Origin: Proteromonas lacertae
Lineage: Eukaryota
Direction of reading: 5' to 3'
Length of the DNA stretch: 20,000 bases
NCBI GenBank assembly: GCA_002245135.1
Contig: NGBS01000587.1
Coordinates: 244,059 to 264,058, forward strand
Shown: positions 1-11,100 of the stretch, in pieces
How positions within the stretch are numbered: position 1 is the stretch's first letter
Layout of the letters: each line of letters begins with the position of its first letter
Notes under the pieces: model-generated
Databases searched by the model: none
What the model was told of the DNA's origin: nothing
What the model saw: only the letters and a program-made list of their open reading frames with translations
Position numbers and translations under genes: made by a program

Positions 1-184
1 AATGATGAAGATAATATATATGATTTCTTTAAAAGAGTTCATGAGAGATATGTGAAAGTATAAAAGATTTATGTAATATTTCTATAGATGATTATGAATC
101 CATTTTATGAATTAGATCCAGTCATTCGTTCTGATAATTTCAATACCAAAAGTGCAAGATCTAGCAAAGAAGTATTTTAGTTAA
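1..184 (+). CDS. TRAPPC2: 3' end of a sedlin family TRAPP complex subunit (TRAPPC2/Trs20-like); exons <1-57 and 88-184, intron 58-87; one extra A at 148-151
   Basis: Splicing the 30-nt GTATAA...TAG intron gives NDEDNIYDFFKRVHERYVK|MIMNPFYELDPVIRSDNFNTK. Skipping one A continues VQDLAKKYFS* (stop 182-184). This matches the sedlin C-terminus as I recall it (..FF.dV.e.Y.K..MNPFY....pIrS..Fd.KVq.l.kK). As written, the frame ends SARSSKEVF* at 180. Confidence 0.85.
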
Positions 185-283
185 ATTATTATATATAAAC
201 TGTTATTCTTAATACATTGTATTAATATTTAAAAACATAAACTGAATTTACATACGAATAAATAATTATATTCCCTATTTAAT

Positions 284-533
284 TTATTCTGCCTCATTTT
301 CTGTATTCTTGATATTATTTGCTTTATTTTGTTGTAATTGTGCTAATCTTCTTTGTCTTCCCATTCTTGCTACTTCTTCTTGGTGTAATTCATATTCTAA
401 ACGTTTTTCAGGATCAGTATATCTTGGTATTAAAATAACTCCTACAATATATCAATATATGCATACCTGATATAATAGCTGCTGGAACAGCTACAAACAG
501 CATTCTTAGCCAGAGTTTTTTATTCAAAATCAT
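284..533 (-). CDS. 74-aa small single-pass membrane protein of unknown function; exons 533-467 and 441-284, 25-nt intron 466-442
   Basis: ATG at 533, GTATGC...TGTAG intron, TAA at 286-284. Protein MILNKKLWLRMLFVAVPAAIISGVILIPRYTDPEKRLEYELHQEEVARMGRQRRLAQLQQNKANNIKNTENEAE has one hydrophobic segment followed by a charged helical tail. Not in the ORF track. Confidence 0.75.
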
Positions 534-534
534 C

Positions 535-553
535 CAAGCTTTCTTCAAACCTA
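535..553 (+). promoter_or_regulatory. Candidate core promoter/TSS element CAAGCTTTCTTCAAACCTA (copy 1) filling the divergent intergenic gap
   Basis: A near-identical copy (one indel) lies at 6474-6491, upstream of another + strand gene in another divergent gap. Confidence 0.4.
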
Positions 554-555
554 AG

Positions 556-1845
556 ATGTTATTTTATTTAATATTGCTGTTATTCTTTGTCTGTGAAGCT
601 TTTGCACAGGGTGCTAAAGAATATGAGAAAATGATAAATTGGTTGAACCAGAATGGCGGTAAAGTAAACTCATTAGCACTAATGCCCAGTGGTGGAAGAT
701 ACTTTTTATCTTCAACAGTTAATAGAGATTATGGATCAACAGTTTGTGAAATTCCTATTGATTTAGTTATATGTAGAGAGACAATTCTAAAATACCCATT
801 ATTTAAGGAATATAAAGATTTAAACGACAAAGCATTGATTATGGCTTTTATACACTATGCTTATTATTACAACAAAAATACATCCTTTGCACCAATTATG
901 AATACATTAAATCCAAACATTAGAAGTCCATTTATTTATTCTCAAGAGAATAAAGATAAAATAAAATCTGTTTTACCAATGTTCGACCAAAAATTTAATG
1001 AATTAAACAAAAATCTAAATACTGTATATGGAACAATAATTTTGAAACATCCAGAAGTTTATGGCAATCTATCAGATACAGCAAGAATAACTAGCGAATT
1101 AACCTTCGTAGCAACGGTTACAGAAGTTCAAACATTCTCAGATATACAAGGATATGAAGGGATAGTATTTATTCCAATATTAGCAGATTCAAGAGAAGTT
1201 TACAGTTCATTTACTCCTTTCTATAACAAAGAAACAAAGACCTTTTCATCTAAAATAAGGTTTACCCCTCAAAATGGTATGATTGGTGTTACTCATTTTA
1301 ATGATCCTATGGAATGTGATATTGAATCGTTTATTTATTTCAACCAAATTCCTGATGTTAGTATTGCGTGTGCTGATATTGTTATTTTACCTGAATATAG
1401 AGAAGGTGAAAGAATAGTAGAATCTAAAAGAAGAAGAGCGTATGTGAGATTAGGTATATCAGATTCAGTAGAGAATGTTTTATATAAGTTTAGATTATCA
1501 ATTCATAATCCTTTACCTAACAAACTATTAATGTATGCTAGATTATATTCTGCTAATGAATTTAATATTGATACAATTGTAAATGAACCATATCAACCAG
1601 TGTCAATAGAAAATGAATATAGAGCTTTGAAATTCTTAAGAAGAGAATTAATGAAGATTGAAGATGGTTTTCCAACTACTTTAGAGTATGATCAGAAGAA
1701 ATTAAGTGAAGTGGAAGTAAAAACTGTTTATGATTTAGAAGATAGAGAGACATTGAAGTTTGTAGTTGGTTTTAAAACTACAATTCGTCAAGGATTGAAT
1801 GAGATTGAGAAGAGATGGGAAAGATTATTATATTCTGACCTTTAA
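556..1845 (+). CDS. Signal-peptide-containing Rubisco-LSMT/SETD3-type SET-domain-like protein with C-terminal Rubisco-LSMT substrate-binding domain; probably catalytically degenerate
   Basis: Intronless 429-aa ORF. Hydrophobic N-terminus MLFYLILLLFFVCEAFA; LSMT-like N-SET segment (MINWLNQNGG...GRYFLS...VCEIPIDLVI); VFIPILAD in place of LvPlaDmlNH; C-terminal LLMYARL...PVSIENEYRALKFL...FPTTLEYD pattern. Confidence 0.75.
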   Translation: MLFYLILLLFFVCEAFAQGAKEYEKMINWLNQNGGKVNSLALMPSGGRYFLSSTVNRDYGSTVCEIPIDLVICRETILKYPLFKEYKDLNDKALIMAFIHYAYYYNKNTSFAPIMNTLNPNIRSPFIYSQENKDKIKSVLPMFDQKFNELNKNLNTVYGTIILKHPEVYGNLSDTARITSELTFVATVTEVQTFSDIQGYEGIVFIPILADSREVYSSFTPFYNKETKTFSSKIRFTPQNGMIGVTHFNDPMECDIESFIYFNQIPDVSIACADIVILPEYREGERIVESKRRRAYVRLGISDSVENVLYKFRLSIHNPLPNKLLMYARLYSANEFNIDTIVNEPYQPVSIENEYRALKFLRRELMKIEDGFPTTLEYDQKKLSEVEVKTVYDLEDRETLKFVVGFKTTIRQGLNEIEKRWERLLYSDL

Positions 1846-1928
1846 ATTTGAACACTTATACTTTAATAATAATAATGACTTTAATTTTTTATTTCTATTA
1901 GTTAAAAACACAATGTTAAATAATTAAT

Positions 1929-4175
1929 TTAAAACACATTTTTCTTTACTAAAGAATAGATTGAAATGAATGGATAGAAAGATATATCATAATTTGTGTC
2001 ATTTGATTCAATTATCCTTCTAACTTGTTCTAAAAGAGAAATATTACATTGACTTTGTATTGGTTTAATATTTATTTTTTGTATGATTGAATGTAAATTT
2101 TGGTGAGATAAATTGTGATGAATACAAACTAAAATCCAGATTAATGATGTAACATAATCATTTACAATGTTGTTCTCACTGAAATAGTGGAATATCTCAT
2201 TGGCTGGACCTACTGATTGATTTATATATGGTTGTAACAGGACATTAACCATTCTTCTCCAATTAAGACATTGCTGATAATAGGGTAATTTCAAATATGT
2301 CAAAATTGCTTCTTTTATCATCATATTCTTCGAATAACAACTAATACAAGCATAGAATGTATTTATATCAATCTCATTATCCTTTTGTATTTTTCTTAAT
2401 ACTTCATCTATTTGCTTCTTTGGATTTTTCAAATATCTAATTATTTCTATTCCCATGACATTTGTAAGTGTAATGTTATTTATATAATATAAATCATATA
2501 AATATGAAGAATAATTCTTGGCTGTAGCTTTTACAATCAAAGTATGTAATCTTTCAGAAATATATAATTGAGTGGATAGAAGGTTTGTATAAATAGATAA
2601 CAAATCAGCATCATTTAATAAACGACTCAATCTATCATTATAACATTAATATATTGATACAATAAAAAGTATTCTTCCAGAAAATTGGTAAGAAATCCAT
2701 AGGGAGATCCTTCATTAGTAAATGTTTGTGTTAATTCATATATAGCTTGATTTACATCAATATTCTGAGATATATTGTATAGATGAATTGCTTTTCTATT
2801 CTGAGTATGAATATCACCTACTGATATTTCTTTAATGTAATTCAAAAACTATATGTTTTTATTATTATATGAATAAAATACTTTTGAATTAATTTGTTTA
2901 TTGTTTATAGTGTTGATTTGAACTAGCATTTCGTAGAAGTTGTTTATAAATGGATCAAATTCCATTGAGTAGAGTGTATTTAGATACTCTTCAGCTACAG
3001 CTGGTTGATTATTCTATTTATAATATATAAATCATAATAATTAATACTTCCAAAGCTAATGAGAATAAAGCACAAACTTTTCTTTGATCCTGAACTGGAG
3101 TTGTTCCTTTTATTTTTGATAGTAAAACTAAACCATATTCTGGATTTCTCGCTCTAACTGATCCTTCTAGGAAATAAGATAATAATGAATTTGGGTCAAA
3201 ATATTTCCCGTATTTGATTATCTCAACTATTGAGTTGTGAATCATTAGATTATCAAACTAAGAATAATAAACAAAATGAAATAAATATATCAATACAAAC
3301 ATCTTTGGAAAAACTGTAATAAATTTACTATTCTTAAAATGAAAAGATTTAAAATCACTCAGAAGCATATTAATATATTTATATAAAGGAGGAAAAGTAG
3401 ATGTTGCTTTAAGCAAACTCATTATTAGTATTTTGGTTGGTTGATATCCAGCTTTTTCTATACAACTTATAAAGTTCAAGTGAATTATCTGTAGTTAATG
3501 GATCTGTCAAATATTCTAATATTAAATCTTCAATTTCTGTAAAAGATGCAATAGATCTAAGATTTTCTGGCTTGTAAAACGTTAATAACGAAAAATCATC
3601 TATATAATAAGAGTTTGATAAAATATACCATTTAAATTACATTGCCTAATCATTTTATCCAACATTTTAAGAGTCACATGTACTTTAGGCAATAATAATT
3701 TTGATATTTCAAATTCAATAGCTTTTACTGATGCTATAAAAATTGATTCAAGAATAATTGGCGGAATTTGAATGTTCTGAAGTATATTTTTGTATAAATA
3801 GCATGTACATTCTGGCTTATCATAATAAATAGCAGAATTAATAAAATTAAACGTTCTATTAGCTATAATGACAAAAAACCTATACGATTCTGAATTCACT
3901 TCAATTTTTTGAGCTATCTTTTGTAATTGTGCATTAATTTCATTCTGAGATAGGTTAGAAACATTCTTTGTGATAATACTACAGATTATAGATAAATAAA
4001 TACTCTAATTCCAAAATTGGTTGTTCATTCCATTTATTCACTATATAGTAATTGTACAATAATATAATACTTGATCTTTTCAATACTGATTTACAAATCT
4101 ATGCATCCAAGTAATAAAAAATAAAGCAAATACATTTTTGGGAGAGAATAGAATGTATTTATTTATTCGAAACAT
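1929..4175 (-). CDS. Degenerate pentatricopeptide-repeat (PPR)-like helical-repeat protein, about 663 aa, 9 exons; one extra A at 3453-3457
   Basis: ATG at 4175. GTAT...TAG introns at 4133-4099, 4070-4041, 4003-3979, 3628-3600, 3296-3258, 3047-3014, 2881-2849 and 2660-2632 join five ORF-track fragments in frame, apart from one +1 indel. PPR-like segments include SLELYKLYRKAGYQPTKILIMSLLKA and INTFYACISCYSKNMMIKEAILTYLKL. The N-terminus is basic with no acidic residues (MFRINKYILFSPKNICKSVLKRS). Confidence 0.7.
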
Positions 4176-4394
4176 TTTAAAACTCAAATGCTCAGTATAT
4201 ATGAAAAAAATGTCGTTTGTTAGTGAAAGATGAATGTGTGATAATATTCACGGTTTACACATTTTTACATTCTAGAGATGGATCTATATGCATTCAAATG
4301 TGTAATTCAATGAATATATGATGAAAAAAGAAATCAATCCTATTTAAACAATGAAAAAACAGTATATAAATGTTAATAATTAATAATAGCTATT

Positions 4395-6330
4395 TTATTT
4401 CATAAATTCATCAAATAAAGTGCCATTGTTACTACTATTAGAAACATTACCCATATTTTGATAGGTGTTAGTAGTAACATTACTATTATCATCAGGAGGA
4501 GGTGATCCAGGTGGTGTTCTAGGTGGCGGTACAACTCTCGATTTATTACTACTACTACTATGATGTTTAGAACGACGAGTAGAAGATGAACTTTCATTAT
4601 TACCATTCCTACTATTAGAATGATGATGTCTATGATGAGATGAAGATCTCTCTGAATGATGATCAATCATTGGATGTTGTTGTTGTTGTTGTTGATTTTC
4701 ATAAGACATATTTGGGTAATATGATGTAGAAGGTGGTGGTATTGGTAATGGTTGTTGTTGTTGTTGTTGCTGTTGATTATATTGATCATAATAACCTCCT
4801 CCTCCTTGATATCCAGGTGGTGGTGGTGGTGGTGCTTGTTGCATCATTGGAGGCATATTATAAACATCATACTGACCAGGTGGAGCAATGTTTGGATATG
4901 ATGAATATGGATCATTATACATCATTGGTAGGTTGTTGCTGAGGTTGTTGTATATAAGGAGGTTGCTGTTGTTGCTGCATTATAAAAGGATCATTACTAT
5001 AACCATATCCTTGCATTGGCGGTGGTGGTGGTAATTGCGGCTGCATTATTTGTTGCATCTGTTGTTGTGGTTGAATTAATTCTTCAGCTCCATGTGCATA
5101 ATTACACATTTTACCTAATCTACAACGACCTTGTCTGTAATAAATACATAGTTCAGTTTTATAACCCATTGCTGGCATTTTATTGAATCTATCTCTTTGT
5201 CTATCATCTGGGATATATGGAAATCTGTTTTGAGTTTGTCTTGATGATTGATAATTGTTAGTATTGTTTCTATTATTATTATTATTATTTCTATTTCTTT
5301 CATTTGAATTATTATTATAAGAAGTTGATGATGATTTTGGTTTTGGTTTATTCTCAGATGAAGTTGATGATTTTACTAATTTTCTTTTCTTTTTCAATTG
5401 ATTATCACTATCACTATCACTATTTCTCAATAGAGATTCATTATTTAATTTACTCTTTTTTTGTGTGTCAGATAATTTCCTCAATTTTCTTTTTACTTTC
5501 TTTTCACTATTATTATTATCTTCTTTTTCTTTTGCATTTTGCTTATGTTTCTTCAATTTTGGCTGTTTATTCTGTATCTGTCTATTTATTCTAATTTCAT
5601 CATCATCTCCACTTTCACCTTCTTCTTCTTCGATTGTACTTGAATCAGAAGCTTCTATAAACTCATCATCATATTTATTTGTTCTATTCTCCTTTCGTTT
5701 TTCTGCTTTTCTCCTCAAACCATCGAACTGTACAGAACATTCTGGACATGCCCAATGTCCTTCAGGTAAAAATGTCATTTTTGGAATAAAACAACTTCTA
5801 TGAAATACTAAATTACAAAATTCACACATTAACACTTCACCACCTTCATTACATAATTCACACACTTCATTATAACCTCCATCCCACAGTTCCATTAGCT
5901 TTAAATCATCATTAGATGCTTCACTTCCGTGTGGATATTTTAAAAATGCTTTTCTTCTACTTCCATCATGTCTTAATGCGATTGGTATTTTCTTTAGATC
6001 ATCTTGTGTCAGTTTTTCTGGTACAAGGTTTCTTACGAATGTATAACCTTTATTTGGCTTTTCTGGTTTGTCTGTATTATTGTCTTTATTCTCTACTAAT
6101 GGTTTATCTTTCAATTCTGTATTTTTCATATCTGTTTCATTGTTCGATTGTTCTTTTACTTGAACATTCATTACTGGTTCTTCTTTATTTATTAATTCAT
6201 CTTTTTTCTCATTCTTTATTGGCTGCGTATTTGAATCAGTATTAGAAGTTTGTTTATTATTATCTTCTGGATTTTCTGCTTTTATAGGTTGATTATTTTC
6301 TTGTTTTTTCAATACTTCTTCTGTTTGCAT
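4395..6330 (-). CDS. PHD finger + CCCH zinc-finger protein with acidic/basic and Q/P/Y/H-rich low-complexity regions; ORFs 4915-6330 and 4395-4925 are probably one gene
   Basis: C4HC3 PHD CELC...CEFC...FHRSC...WACPEC (~5740-5865) and CCCH YKTELCIYYRQGRCRLGKMCNYAHG (~5090-5165). The same Q/P/Y/M-rich composition continues across the frame break at ~4926. Confidence 0.8.
4676..4832. repeat. Coding trinucleotide microsatellites (TGT)n and (GGT)n encoding poly-Q and poly-P on the minus strand
   Basis: tgttgttgt runs near 4676-4694 and 4752-4775, and a ggtggt run at ~4816-4833, are directly visible. Confidence 0.85.
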
Positions 6331-6473
6331 TCTTCTTCAAGATAAAAGACTATTAATATATTTTTGAATAATTAATCTTTTTACTACTGTTTTATAGTAG
6401 TGCTATAATCTTGAAATGCAAATAAAAATAGGTAAATCTGTTTAGAACTATTAAAAAGTTCAAAATTCAATTT

Positions 6474-6491
6474 CAAGCTTTTTCAAACCTA
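6474..6491 (+). promoter_or_regulatory. Candidate core promoter/TSS element CAAGCTTTTTCAAACCTA (copy 2), within a cluster of TTCAA words
   Basis: Matches 535-553 except for one C indel; ends 24 nt upstream of the ATG at 6516. Confidence 0.4.
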
Positions 6492-6515
6492 TTTTTATTG
6501 ATTTTGTTGATTTAC

Positions 6516-6983
6516 ATGTCATATAACCCTCCTAATCGTTTTTTTCAATTAGCACAAGAAATGAAACAGAATACACCTTTTCCACAACCACTACCTCAAC
6601 AACAACAATTTACACAACAACCAATACAACCTTCACCAATTGCAATGTACAACTCACAAAATCTGAATTATCAAAACAACCAACAAAATATTCCTCCACA
6701 ACCTCAATTAAATATAAATCTAGTTAATCCACCTGTTCAATACCCCGTACAACCAATAAATCCTCCTCAACCGATGTATGCTCAGTATTTAACACCAAAC
6801 CACAATCAAAATCCTGAAGAAAATGTAGCAAATATGCTTTTAGATGAATTGGATCAATTTACTAAACAAATACTATCTATGCCATACAAATCAAACCCAA
6901 ATCCGCAAATAGAAAAGAAATTCCCATATGCTACACCAACATCCGAAGTACAAGCTGAAAGAGCATTATTTACATCATATTAA
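6516..6983 (+). CDS. 155-aa Q/P/N-rich hypothetical protein with a short helical C-terminal region
   Basis: First ATG of the 6498-6983 ORF is at 6516 (MSYNPPNRFF...). CAA/CCA-rich coding bias; no recognisable domain. Confidence 0.7.
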   Translation: MSYNPPNRFFQLAQEMKQNTPFPQPLPQQQQFTQQPIQPSPIAMYNSQNLNYQNNQQNIPPQPQLNINLVNPPVQYPVQPINPPQPMYAQYLTPNHNQNPEENVANMLLDELDQFTKQILSMPYKSNPNPQIEKKFPYATPTSEVQAERALFTSY

Positions 6984-7096
6984 TATATTATTTTATTTAA
7001 TCATACTCTTGTGTGTGTTATTTTATAAATAAAATCCAAAAAATGGCAGAAATTTTCAAAAGAATTAAGGCAGTACTCATTCTGAGTGTTAAAAAA

Positions 7097-7623
<527 letters not shown>

Positions 7624-7856
7624 CTTAATTCTTAAGACTTAAAAATTAATGCCAGATGATGGCAAGTGTTGATATTAATTTATCTCTATTTAAATAAAAA
7701 CTATTTTTAGTCATTAAATGCAATTTCAAATTTTTAATTTTATCTGCTTTAATACATCAAACAGAATAAAAATATGGCTATTAATAAGTATAAATGCACA
7801 TTCATCATTTTTTAAATATATAATCAGTACACTTATTTCAATCAATAAAGATTTGC

Positions 7857-8146
7857 TTAATTATTGATGTAACAATAAATTAAACTATCTAAAAAATGAT
7901 ATTTAACAACTAAATAATACAAACTTCGGATTGCATTTGATTTGCTATCAGTGTAGTATTTAATTCATCTTTTTCTAAATCAACACTCACATCAAATATA
8001 CAGAAAACAGGATTATCAGAAATCTTCATTTTATAAGTCCTAGAAGGTATTCTATACTTTTTAGATAATTGTAAATAACTAAGTCCAAAATAGCATTCAA
8101 TTCAACAAAACAAATAACGAATAATTATAATAAATGCAATAAGCAT
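7857..8146 (-). other. Possible small spliced gene or relic, with a 32-nt intron-like segment at 7920-7889 and an in-frame TGA at 8104-8102
   Basis: About 60 stop-free codons in AT-rich DNA end at a GTATTA...TTTTAG segment that matches the local intron consensus. No recognisable domain. Confidence 0.3.
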
Positions 8147-8159
8147 TTTAAAAAAACAT

Positions 8160-11100
8160 CTAAGAATTTTCATCAGTATTAATAATATCTGTTTCATATC
8201 CTGGTACATTAATCAAAACAACACTATTATCATTCCTCCTTTCCACTGGCATACTAACCATGGGATATTTATTATTTGGATTTGCATTAAGATTAGTTTC
8301 TAAATGATTAGGCAAAATATTCAAGCTATGGTTATGAGGTTGTCTAAGTGGAGTATTATTTCTATCATAATTACTCTGGTTATTTTTACTATCATCCATA
8401 AGTCCAGGTTCTGATTGAGATAATACATTATATTCCATTCCAAGGCTATTATTTACAGGAACCATATCTTTATTCTGTTTCACATATATCTTTTGATTAT
8501 TGACTAATTGATCCACATAAGGTCCATTTCGTTGTGCTATTATATTTGTAACATTTGTTGTAGTTGTTGTGGTAGTTGCTGTGTCTGCATTTGTTTCATA
8601 ATCAGTTCTTCCAGTTGTTGGTTTACTTCCTGGTGGAGATAATGGCCTGATTTTATTGGCTAAATGAATTGATGAATATACATCCTTTTTCATTCCTTCT
8701 TTTTCTTTATTACTACTATTATCTGAAGATGGTTTCATTGATGAATATTCTCTTACTATTTTATAGAATTTTGGAGTTATTATAATCAATGTTATTCCAA
8801 TATTAATCAACACTATTCCTATACTCTCTAATAAGAATTTAGCTGCTGGAGATGATGTTAATGTCATTTCAATAGCGAAGTATAGAACAAAACACACAAA
8901 TAAACATCCAATACATGCTGTTAATGTGTTTGAATCATTATAATCATCAACACAATTTCTAGTTGTATAGGAATAGTATAAACCTAATACAAAGATAAAT
9001 AATAGGAATATAAAAAACACTGCATCATATACAACTGATCTATTACATGTTGGAATATAATATGAAACTAAATAATTACCTTCATCTGTTGAAATTTTTT
9101 CTTCATATTTCGAGAATGGATATATTAATCCCCATATTAATGATAATACCACAAATATTGATAAATATAAAAACAATCTCATAAACACTTTCTCATTATT
9201 TATTCTTAACCTTTTCATATCTCTATTGTTATAAACTGCATGAATTCTCCAAGTTCTTAACACAATTATACAAGAGTAATTCAATAATAATAAATAAAAG
9301 ATTGCTTGAAATACCATACACGTTCCATCACTATATTGAGATATATTCATTGGAATGATTGACCATAATGCTATTGTACCACTGAATAAGAAATATATTA
9401 CAAATGTATGACTTGTTGCTCTTATTATTTTGAATCTTCTGAATTTAATTATAAATCCAATTACTATATAAATTGCTGTTGAAACTAGTACCATTACTAC
9501 TATCACAGCTATTAAACTATCACTTGGTAATTCATATCTTAATAACAATGGTCCAACATTACATTCTGCTACATCACCATAATAAACTTCTGGATGTTTC
9601 ATTACAGTAAATTTCGTATCATCAACCAATACTGGTATTCCTGACATACTTAATTCGGCTAATTTTATTACTTGAATAAATTGATTTGTTACTGTTCCTT
9701 GCTTTGTTCCTGAGGATGTATCTATTAATATTAATTGACTAGCTCTTCGAATATAATCTAAGGAAATTACATTATCATTCACATCTAAACCATCAGATTT
9801 CATCAGATTTCTGCTTTGAGTGTATGAATTAATGAATATTTTGTAAATACTTTCAAAATCAGATATTGACTGAGATATAACATCAATTTTACCAACATTA
9901 GTATTTACATAGTTTTGGAAATTAATTGAGTTTATATTGGTATTATCATTCAAATATGTTCTAGTTATTATATTTCCATACAATCTAGGCATTTTATCTG
10001 TTCCTAATTCATATTCATCAACATAATAAATAATTTGAAGTGCTCTAATATAAGATATTTGATTGATGTAAATCAAATCTTCAAATAATGTTAATTCATT
10101 ACCATTTAATGAGTTTAAAATTAGTATTGTATCATTCCTTATAAATTCTTTTATAAACATTACTGTTTCATTTATTAGTTTAATTCTTTCACTATTTTCT
10201 ATACCATCAAATACAGGAATTGCATATGTTTTAACAATTACACTATCTTCAATATATACTTTTACATTTTTAGTTATATAAGCTATTAAATCATCCATAT
10301 ATCCACTTATAACTATACTTCCTTGTATTAATAACATTATATTCTTAAAACCTAATCTTTGACTGAATTTCAATGATGGCTCAATTCTACTCTTCATTGA
10401 TGCAGAAATAAAGAATATATATTTATTACATATTGGCGGATATACAAATACAGTCGAATAAATCAATTTGTATTGCATTTTTCTTTCATAATTGAGTAAT
10501 AAATATCTAATCACATCCATAGAATTTGATGTAAATAATATCTTATATTCATTGTTAACTTCAAACAAATTATCAAACACTAACTTGTCCTTATTTTCAT
10601 CATTATAATATGGAAATACTTTAAATTCAATATGAACATTTGTTGAAAAATTGAACTTGTTATTATCTCTAATTAATGAATCTATTAATATTAATAATAT
10701 ATGTGATAATTTCTTCTGTTTTTCTTTAGAATAATCAAGCAATAATCCTACTTTAACATTTACCTCTCTCGTTGTACATTTCTCAATATATTTATCATAA
10801 TCTCTTGGTGCTAATTGATTAGTTACATCAATAATTCTTTCATTTTCATACTCACAGTTAAATTCTGTATGGAAATAATACCTTTGAATGTATAAATCAC
10901 CTCCTAAATACATCGTTACTCCACTGTTAGAATATTGATGATTTATCAACTGAGTGATATAATCTCTCGAAGTATAACTAGATAATAATAAATTTTTATC
11001 ATTATTACTAGTGAATCTGTTTAAAACTAACTCTAACATCTTAAATGCTGAAAATATATCTTCTGTTGAAGAAGAATAGTAATTATCATAAGGGAAATAA

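Noticed and set aside
4222..4275. Imperfect hairpin AATGTGTGA...TTACACATT in the PPR/PHD intergenic gap (possible H/ACA snoRNA)
   Set aside because: No properly placed H box, second hairpin or ACA was found; such pairing is common in AT-rich DNA.
4400..6245. ORF-track entries 4400-4666, 4733-4942, 5115-5303, 5304-5594, 5465-5803 and 5916-6245
   Set aside because: Alternate-frame or antisense shadows of the low-complexity PHD/CCCH gene; their hydrophobic runs come from triplet repeats.
7075..7087. ACTCA-TTC-TGAGT mini-hairpin just past the UBA52 stop
   Set aside because: A five-bp stem is too weak to call without conservation data.
7745..7810. Minus-strand ATGATGA at 7808-7802 (box C-like or SECIS-like)
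   Set aside because: No downstream CTGA with a terminal stem, and no tandem GA quartet geometry.
8100..8116. Minus-strand TTTGTTTTGTT downstream of the GPCR, resembling the Blastocystis TGTTTGTT polyadenylation element
   Set aside because: Not an exact match and not consistent after the other genes; every gene here has a genomic stop codon, so there is no sign of poly(A)-generated stops.
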